Source: Chloroflexota bacterium
GTDB taxonomy: Bacteria; Chloroflexota; Limnocylindria; Limnocylindrales; CSP1-4
Length of the DNA: 40,485 bases
Direction of reading: 5' to 3'
Assembly: GCA_003158495.1 (NCBI GenBank)
Contig: PMJT01000242.1
Location: forward strand, 2,243 to 42,727
Shown piece after piece: positions 1-6,117 of this stretch (its first letter is position 1; each line of letters opens with the position of its first letter). The notes under the pieces were generated by a model. It saw only the letters and a program-made list of their open reading frames with translations, ran no database searches and was not told the origin of the DNA. The position numbers were made by a program, and so were the translations under genes.

Positions 1-612
1 GAGGTCATGGCCACCTACCCGCCCGAACTGGCCTCGCTCCAGCTCAACCTGCTGGACAGCCACGACACGCCCCGCTTCCTCTCTCTGGCGGGCGGCGACG
101 TGGCGGCGCTGCGCCTGGCCGCGCTGATCCAGATGACGCTGCCCGGGGCGCCGTGCATCTACTACGGCGACGAAGTCGGGCTCGAAGGGCGGCAGGATCC
201 GGACTGCCGCCGCGCCTATCCGTGGGACCCTGCCCGGCAGGACCGCCGGCTGCGCGACTTCTACGCCGGCCTGGTGGCCGTGCGGCATGCCCACCCGGTC
301 CTGCGGCACGGTCAATTCGAGATGCTGGCCGCCGAAGGTTCGGCCGTCGCCTACCGTATGTTCGAACCCCAAGATTCGACCGGGCGCGAGAGCTCGGCCG
401 ACTCGATCGTCGTCGCCGTCAACGCTGGAGACGAGCCGGCCAGGCTCACCATCGAGCATCCCGGACCGGCAGGCTACCGGCTCGAACAGGTAAGCTGGCC
501 TGGACGCGATTGGGGAACAACCTTCGCGCCGACGTTGATCGATGGGGGACCGCTGGTGATAGAAGTGGGACCCCGAGAGGGAGTGGCCATCCAGGCCGTC
601 TCGATCCTCTAG
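1..612 (+). CDS. glycoside hydrolase family 13 (alpha-amylase superfamily) enzyme, C-terminal part; the 5' end lies outside the window
   Basis: The frame of ORF 7..612 is open from base 1. It contains GH13-type motifs 'NLLDSHDTPRF' and 'GAPCIYYGDEVG', followed by a C-terminal tail. Stop at 610-612. Confidence 0.8.
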   Translation, partial: EVMATYPPELASLQLNLLDSHDTPRFLSLAGGDVAALRLAALIQMTLPGAPCIYYGDEVGLEGRQDPDCRRAYPWDPARQDRRLRDFYAGLVAVRHAHPVLRHGQFEMLAAEGSAVAYRMFEPQDSTGRESSADSIVVAVNAGDEPARLTIEHPGPAGYRLEQVSWPGRDWGTTFAPTLIDGGPLVIEVGPREGVAIQAVSIL

Positions 613-620
613 GAGGACGC

Positions 621-1322
621 ATGCCCGACCTATCCGCCGACCTGCCCACGACGGAGCTGGAAGAGGCTTTTCTCGGCGTCGTGGACGTCGAGGGGAAACT
701 TCTCGCCGCACTCGAAGGCCTCGGACCAGTGTCCGGCCGCGACGTGGTTCTGCTGGACGCGGGCCGCGGCTATCTCGAGCGAGGTTTGACCGAGTGCGGT
801 GCCCGCGTCACGGCCGTCGCCTTCGCGGATCGCCGCGACCCCGATAGGGCCATGGCGGAGCTCGCGGAACTGCCTGCCGCTGTCGCCGACGTGGTCTTGC
901 TTCCATGGTCCGAACTGGCGATGCCTGACTCGACCTTCCTTGCCGCCACGGAACGACTCCTGCGCCCGGGCGGGCGGCTGATGCTCGTCCACGACTACGG
1001 CCGCGACGACGTCTGGTCGCTCTGGCCTGAGCGTCGCGACCGGCTCGTGCTGTGGAGCCAGCGTCGCGGCCCCTTCCTCGCGGCCGGGTTTCGCGTCCGG
1101 GTCATCCACTGCTGGTGGACGTTCGAATCGGTCGAGCAGGCGCAAGAGCTTCTCCGGGCCGGTTTCGGCGAAGCCGGAGCTGCCCTCTCCACGCTGATGA
1201 AACGCCCGCGGCTGGAATACCAGGTGGCGATCTACCACCGTGCCGCGACTGACAGCCTCGCCCAGAGTCGGACCGAGGATGCGACCGGCGCGCCGCTCGA
1301 CGCCGCGGTGGCCGCCGGCTGA
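621..1322 (+). CDS. class I SAM-methyltransferase-like protein (degenerate motif I)
   Basis: ATG at 621 lies in the frame of ORF 153..1322 and is preceded by AGGAGGA at 611-617. The upstream part of that ORF overlaps the GH13 gene and is Arg-rich shadow sequence. 'VVLLDAGRGY' and 'LLRPGGRLMLVHDY' resemble MTase motifs I and post-II. The product assignment is weaker than the CDS call. Confidence 0.7.
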   Translation: MPDLSADLPTTELEEAFLGVVDVEGKLLAALEGLGPVSGRDVVLLDAGRGYLERGLTECGARVTAVAFADRRDPDRAMAELAELPAAVADVVLLPWSELAMPDSTFLAATERLLRPGGRLMLVHDYGRDDVWSLWPERRDRLVLWSQRRGPFLAAGFRVRVIHCWWTFESVEQAQELLRAGFGEAGAALSTLMKRPRLEYQVAIYHRAATDSLAQSRTEDATGAPLDAAVAAG

Positions 1323-1407
1323 GAGATCGGGTCGGCTGAGCAAGGTGTCTGCTGGCCGGCGTCGACCGACAGCAGCCGCGGCCACTATCGCCTGATAACC
1401 TCTGGCC

Positions 1408-2025
1408 ATGAGCGACGATCGACGACCGGACCAGAGCAAGTTCGACCGGTCCGCGTCGACCGGCCCGCTTCAGCCGGCGGCCGCGCCGCCACCGATTCCT
1501 CCGCCGCCCGGCCCCGTGCCGCAGTCCGGCCCCGCCGCTACGCCTCAGCCCGAGCCGGTGATACCCGCCCCGCAGCCCATCGCTCATTCGGCGTCGCCGC
1601 AGCCCATCGTCGAGGCAATCCGGTCCCAATCGTCGATCCCCGTCCCCGTCATCGGCGACGATGCCGGCGAAGACTCCGACCTCGAGGAGGATGAGATGGC
1701 GCCCACCATGATCGAGCGAGTTCGCCGACTCCAGCCGGCCCCGGTCGTGCTTACGGCGGGGTCGCTCGGGTCGCTCGCTTTTCTGCTCATGTCCGTGACC
1801 AGCCATACGACGCCGCTCGGCGTCCTGATGAGTGCGGCGGTCGTGACGGGTCTCATCTTCGGCGCCGACGCAATCGTCGCCTCACGAGCCACGTGGCGGG
1901 CGAGCCAGGACGGCGAGACCGGGTTGGCCTTCCTGCTGGCCTTCATCGGCGGCCTCTCGTCCCTGATCGGTCTCGGAGCGCTGGCCGGCACGCTCGTCAT
2001 GGTCCTGGTGCTGAACAGCCGGTAG
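1408..2025 (+). CDS. hypothetical membrane protein with a Pro-rich N-terminus and about 3 C-terminal TM helices
   Basis: The ORF is 205 aa. It has a Pro-rich low-complexity N-terminal half, then hydrophobic segments ('LGSLAFLLMSV', 'LMSAAVVTGLIFGA', 'LAFLLAFIGGLSSLIGLGALAGTLVMVLVL'). I recognise no family. Confidence 0.6.
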   Translation: MSDDRRPDQSKFDRSASTGPLQPAAAPPPIPPPPGPVPQSGPAATPQPEPVIPAPQPIAHSASPQPIVEAIRSQSSIPVPVIGDDAGEDSDLEEDEMAPTMIERVRRLQPAPVVLTAGSLGSLAFLLMSVTSHTTPLGVLMSAAVVTGLIFGADAIVASRATWRASQDGETGLAFLLAFIGGLSSLIGLGALAGTLVMVLVLNSR

Positions 2026-2105
2026 TCCGCCGCGGCCCGCCGCGCGGCCACGGTGCCGCCTCAGGTCGAGCTACCGTGCTCCTGCTACACTCCCGTTCGC
2101 GCCGC

Positions 2106-2182
2106 GCCCCCATCGTCTAGAGGCCCAGGACACGACCCTTTCAAGGTTGAGATCAGCGGTTCGAATCCGCTTGGGGGTACCA
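2106..2182 (+). tRNA. tRNA-Glu (anticodon UUC), with encoded CCA
   Basis: The cloverleaf was folded by hand. Acceptor GCCCCCA/TGGGGGT. Anticodon stem CGACC/GGTTG with loop CTTTCAA, giving anticodon TTC. T-arm AGCGG-TTCGAAT-CCGCT. Discriminator A, then CCA at 2180-2182. A TACACT -10-like hexamer sits at 2086-2091. Confidence 0.93.
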
Positions 2183-2530
2183 GGCTCCGGCGCCCACCTC
2201 CGTGAAGAACGGCCTGGCCGGCGGCGTCCACACGATCTGCCCCACTTCCCGGTCGTCCACCACGACCTGTTCGACCACGATCCGACAGAGCTCCTCCCGC
2301 CGCGCGGGTGACGCGACACCGATTGCCGCATGCAACGCTAGGAGCTTCGCCCGGTAGGCGTCGAATGTCCTGATGCGATCGCCATCAGGCACTTGGGCCA
2401 GCGCTGCTTGGATAGAGTCACGCTCGGTCAGGAAGCAACGCCGCCGTACTTGCGGCGGACCAGGTTCGGAGCTTGCGGAGCGCACAGTTCGCGTTGCGCG
2501 GCGCCGTTTGGCTTCCCACACCGCAGCCAT
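2153..2530 (-). pseudogene. 3' remnant of a large serine recombinase gene (C-terminal tail only), running into the tRNA-Glu 3' end
   Basis: The ORF is 125 aa. '...ASPARREELCRIVVEQVVVDDREVGQIVWTPP' resembles the extreme C-terminus of large serine recombinases. No resolvase catalytic domain or zinc-ribbon domain lies upstream. The last codons are the reverse complement of the tRNA T-arm and acceptor. Confidence 0.45.
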
Positions 2531-2587
2531 CGTAACGGGTTGAAGGTTGACCTCGGCGTTTGACCAGAAGCGCCCGGGCGGAGAGGT

Positions 2588-2896
2588 CTACGGCGCATGC
2601 GACACTGACGTAACGGGGGAGATTGAGGCGCTAGGGGAGGCCGAGGTGCTAGGCGGCTTTGTGCCCATGTTCGGTTGCTGAGGCAGCCCGCCCGTGTGCC
2701 CGGGAACCACTGTGCTGTCGGCCTGCGGCCCGGTCAGCTGGCTGGCGTCGACTGGCCGGCTGATTGGTGGAGTCAACTGCGGACCGCTGCCGGCCGGGCC
2801 AGTTCCGTGCTCAACGAAGGCCACTACTCCGGCGACCAGAACCGCAGCCACGACGGCGGCAACGGCCGCTCGTCCCAGCATCTTTCTAGCGATCAT
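2588..2896 (-). CDS. small signal-anchored protein with a disordered Pro/Ser/Thr-rich tail
   Basis: ATG at 2896 is preceded on the minus strand by GGAGGG 8 nt upstream. There is one TM helix ('AAVAAVVAAVLVAGVVAFV'). The start overlaps the stop of the upstream ORF by 11 nt, which suggests translational coupling. Confidence 0.55.
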   Translation of the reverse strand: MIARKMLGRAAVAAVVAAVLVAGVVAFVEHGTGPAGSGPQLTPPISRPVDASQLTGPQADSTVVPGHTGGLPQQPNMGTKPPSTSASPSASISPVTSVSHAP

Positions 2897-3305
2897 CCGT
2901 CCAACCCTCCAGCGTTGTTCGGTTGTCGGTGCCGCAACCGTAGTACCACGGACCAGTCAAACCGGAGCACGTGCTTGCGGAAATTTGGTTCCACTTTCCG
3001 TTGTCGGATTCTTCCCATTCCATCGTGTTCATCGCGCATGAAGGATCAACCACACGATTGCCCAGAACGGATTGCCAGTCGTTGACCTCAGCGCCCCACC
3101 ATGCAAAGTTGCCGCCAGTGTGGACCGGCCAGTGGTTGGGTCCAGGTGGGACAAATCCGATATTGCTGGTCAGATCGCGAACTCCGTACTCCCATTTGGC
3201 TGCCCGTAGGTAGGATCGCCATCTCGTACTGGTTGCCCGTCCGCATGACGCCTGCGCCCAGCCCTTGGTTCCACCACGTAGCCGAGCTAATAGCCCCTGT
3301 GGCAT
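2886..3305 (-). CDS. hypothetical Trp/Cys-rich protein, possibly the 3' part of a frameshifted gene
   Basis: The ORF is 139 aa. The convincing part is '...KWEYGVRDLTSNIGFVPPGPNHWPVHTGGNFAWWGAEVNDWQSVLGNRVVDPSC...GPWYYGCGTDNRTTLEGW'. I recognise no family. It overlaps ORF 3088..3591, which is in another frame. Confidence 0.45.
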   Translation of the reverse strand: MPQGLLARLRGGTKGWAQASCGRATSTRWRSYLRAAKWEYGVRDLTSNIGFVPPGPNHWPVHTGGNFAWWGAEVNDWQSVLGNRVVDPSCAMNTMEWEESDNGKWNQISASTCSGLTGPWYYGCGTDNRTTLEGWTDDR

Positions 3306-3591
3306 TGTCGCCAGGCGTCCAGATCAACAACTCGGTGGCTGCGGGCCACCCAGACGGACACACGCTCTCGCATCGCCAGTACCCGAGCTGAACGATTTCG
3401 GCACCGCCCTGGTTGGAGTACTGAAGATTCCGCGATGTCGGCCCAGGTCGAAGGTCGATAGACCGGGAGGATGGCAAGCCCATCGGACGGCGCGAGAGCC
3501 GCGAGTTCGTGTGGGCCACGTGATCAGAAGTTGCCCACGATGGAATGTCATAGTGACGGGTGCTTGCGTATCCGCTCGAGGGCCCGGCCAA
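3088..3591 (-). CDS. hypothetical protein, possibly the 5' part of the same frameshifted gene
   Basis: The ORF is 167 aa. Third-position G+C is fairly high along this frame. The plausible segment is 'NLQYSNQGGAEIVQLGYWRCESVCPSGWPAATELLIWTPGDNATGAISSATWWNQGLGAGVMRTGNQYEM'. The C-terminal 40 aa look like shadow sequence of ORF 2886..3305. An alternative SD+GTG start exists at 3644 in another frame. Confidence 0.35.
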   Translation of the reverse strand: MAGPSSGYASTRHYDIPSWATSDHVAHTNSRLSRRPMGLPSSRSIDLRPGPTSRNLQYSNQGGAEIVQLGYWRCESVCPSGWPAATELLIWTPGDNATGAISSATWWNQGLGAGVMRTGNQYEMAILPTGSQMGVRSSRSDQQYRICPTWTQPLAGPHWRQLCMVGR

Positions 3592-3678
3592 TCCGGAGTG
3601 GAGCAGGATCCTCCACGGACGCCATCGACGTCCGTGGAAGTCACAACTAGGTCTCCTCGAGGGAGCGGATCCGGTTAC

Positions 3679-4422
3679 CTACTTGACCGTATTGGCATCG
3701 AGCGTGACTGCGGTCTGTGCAAGTGCGCTGCCATTCAGTACTGCGCCAGTTTGCAGCGCGATGTTCGTCTTATCGAGGATGTTTCCATTGAACGTGGAGT
3801 ACGTTCCAAGAGTTGTTGCCCCGGCGACTTGCCAGAAGATGTTCTTGGCCTGTGCGCCGCTGGCGAGGAGGACCTTCGTGGCAGAGCTGATGTGGAGAGT
3901 TCCTGCGATCTGGAATATCCAAACAGCGTTCGAGTTGCCCGAGAGGGTAACGTTCTTAGGGATTGTTACGCCGGTACTCCATTTGTAGACGCCAGGGGCA
4001 AGTCTCAGGCCCCCGATATTGCCGGCGCCCAGTCCAGTAACAGAAGCTGCCCGCCCTGCAGCGCTCGTATATGCGGTTTGCATGGCACCAACGGCCGCGG
4101 TGAGCATGGCCGGCGTTGGGGCCCTGTAGTTGGCTGCGTAGACTCTCCCCGTCACAAGAGTTGATCTCGAGAACGTACCCAATCGATCCAGCACCAACCC
4201 AAATCCGGTCATGGCGGTCGCGGCGATTGGGCTGACTCCGATATTCCCGGTGATATGGGTGGTTCCAGTGGTTGAGATTCCTGCTTTCGAGAGAATCACG
4301 AAATTGCCCGCTGTTCCGAGATTCACTGCTGCTGGGCCAGCAGCGAACGCAGCGCTTGTTCCGGCGAGGCTGAGCAAGACAAACGCGGCCGATGCCGCTA
4401 GTACCCTGTTGAACTTGTTCAC
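3679..4422 (-). CDS. secreted ice-binding-like protein (DUF3494 / type 1 IBP family)
   Basis: 'LGTAGNFVILSKAGISTTGTTHITGNIGVSPIAATAMTGF' and the C-terminal '...FNGNILDKTNIALQTGAVLNGSALAQTAVTLDANTV' match the DUF3494 beta-solenoid pattern. The signal peptide is 'NKFNRVLAASAAFVLLSLAGTSAAFA'. I prefer the GTG at 4422 (GGAGGAG at 4427-4433 on the minus strand) over the upstream ATG at 4464. Confidence 0.85.
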   Translation of the reverse strand: MNKFNRVLAASAAFVLLSLAGTSAAFAAGPAAVNLGTAGNFVILSKAGISTTGTTHITGNIGVSPIAATAMTGFGLVLDRLGTFSRSTLVTGRVYAANYRAPTPAMLTAAVGAMQTAYTSAAGRAASVTGLGAGNIGGLRLAPGVYKWSTGVTIPKNVTLSGNSNAVWIFQIAGTLHISSATKVLLASGAQAKNIFWQVAGATTLGTYSTFNGNILDKTNIALQTGAVLNGSALAQTAVTLDANTVK

Positions 4423-4880
4423 ACAACTCCTCCATTTGGAGGGCCCGGCCCGCTTGACCGACATGGCCAGAGTCGGATAGGGCCGCGTAGAGCCTGAGCA
4501 TCAGGACCGCCGGCCGTGAGGATGTATACCCCAGGCTCACCCGATGTGGCAGCACGACGGAGCGGTACGCCGGGGGAAGCGCCCCTCGGCCATTCCTCGG
4601 CGCGGACCGGCAGCTCTACCTGGATCCTGTCGGACGGGCGCAGCACCAGGAAGAGGGATCGGTCCCGAGCCTTCCCGCACCCATGCGGCAGCGACGTCGA
4701 ACACCTGGCGACCCTCGCCGAGCTTGTCGGCCCAGTTCGTGGCCGACCTGGTCGAGCCGGTCGGGCCGAGGCCCTCGTTTGTCCGGCAGACACCACCCTG
4801 CAAAAGCGAGGTTCAATCAGCCTCCCTTGGTGGAGCGGCGAACGCAGCGTATCGAGTCATAGTCCCTTTCAGCCGCGTGT

Positions 4881-5522
4881 TCAGGCTGGTGGCAATGTAG
4901 GTTCGAGGACGAGCTTCTCACCACACCATTCGAGGCACGCCAAGGCTTGGTGCCGCGGTTCGGCGACGATCGCGCCGCTGTGGGTTATGGGATGACTGCC
5001 CACGAAGGCGGCATCTACGTTGGCCAGAACCAGCGGCAGCATCGCAGAGAACAGGCCGCCGTGACCGAGCAAGATCAGGTTGTCTGTCGAACCGCGCCGG
5101 TCTTCAACCAACCGCTCTACCAACGGCACGAAGCGCGCCTTGATATCCATGAAGCTCTCGCCGCCTTCGATTCGGCTATCTAGATGGCCACGAGCCAACC
5201 AGTCGTCCATTACCCACCGCCATAAAGACCAGGCCTCTTCGTCGGAGCGACCTTCGGCAATGCCGCAGTCGAATTCGCGCAGCGCTTCGGTGATTTCAAA
5301 GGGCGCGCCCAGAGCCGCCGAGAGAATCTCCGCGGTCTGCCGGGCGCGCAACAACGGGCTGGAGTAGATGCGCGCCACGGGCACCGCGGCTGTGGCCTGC
5401 GCCAGCTGCCTGGCCTGCTGACGTCCCAAGTCGGTCAACGGATGGGGCAGGTCTCGATTCGAGATGACCGACTGGACGTTGGCTTCACTCTGTCCGTGTC
5501 GCACGAAGTAGAGCCTCATCAT
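4881..5522 (-). CDS. histidine phosphatase family protein (phosphoglycerate-mutase-like)
   Basis: 'MMRLYFVRHGQSEAN' carries the RHG catalytic motif. 'SSPLLRARQTAE' and 'LILLGHGG' (second His) follow. The start is placed at the MM pair (5522 or 5519), because the upstream part of ORF 4881..5648 is not family-like. Confidence 0.85.
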   Translation of the reverse strand: MMRLYFVRHGQSEANVQSVISNRDLPHPLTDLGRQQARQLAQATAAVPVARIYSSPLLRARQTAEILSAALGAPFEITEALREFDCGIAEGRSDEEAWSLWRWVMDDWLARGHLDSRIEGGESFMDIKARFVPLVERLVEDRRGSTDNLILLGHGGLFSAMLPLVLANVDAAFVGSHPITHSGAIVAEPRHQALACLEWCGEKLVLEPTLPPA

Positions 5523-6117
5523 TCCTCCGCATCTCGGCGAATCATCATCTCGCCGCGTCAGGTAGTGCAGCCGTGTGCCGTTCCCTTGAAAGGGTCTGCC
5601 GCGGTCGAGGCGACGGGCGTATCGGGGGCTGAGTGCCGACTTGAGCACGGAAGGGGAAGTGGAGCGGCTGACGGTCTCGAGCCCGCGACATTCAGCTTGG
5701 AAGGCCGGGGCCGGTAGCGTTGCTTAAGAGTAGAGGAAGGAGGCCAAACCTCTCTCGCGGCGCATTCAAGCCGACAGCCGCCGCGACCCGGCAACGACTC
5801 GGGCCGAGTGCGGGCGACGCGGTGGATTGCTTCGTGGCGGCTTGGCTCGGCGTCCCGTGTGCGTCACTAACGACCCGCGGACCCCAGGCGGGCTCCAAGC
5901 CGCGCGAAGTTCACCCAGCCACCGGAACGACAGCCTGCGCCGCTTTCTTGAGGGCGCCCGCCTGGTTGAATCGGGACGCGAACGCGAGTCGGCTCGCAGA
6001 AAAGCTGCAGCGCAAGAATCCGCACTGTCGTCGGCACGGAACGTCACGACAGGAACAGGACCATTTCCCGCCGCCAATCGCTTGCTCGTCGACGCCCTCT
6101 AGCCGACATCTCTGTCA

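Noticed and set aside
2029-2048. A GC-rich hairpin, GCCGCG-N8-CGCGGC, after the 1408..2025 gene, considered as an intrinsic terminator.
   Set aside because: There is no U-tract and the stem is only 6 bp. The evidence is insufficient to call a terminator.
3592-3678. The reading frame stays open in the frame of the ice-binding gene after its TAG stop and runs into ORF 3088..3591. This hints at stop-codon readthrough or a former fusion protein.
   Set aside because: The intervening peptide ('VTGSAPSRRPSCDFHGRRWRPWRILLHSG') looks like non-coding shadow sequence. A separate SD+GTG exists at 3644. I see no sequence feature that requires readthrough, so coincidence is the simpler explanation.
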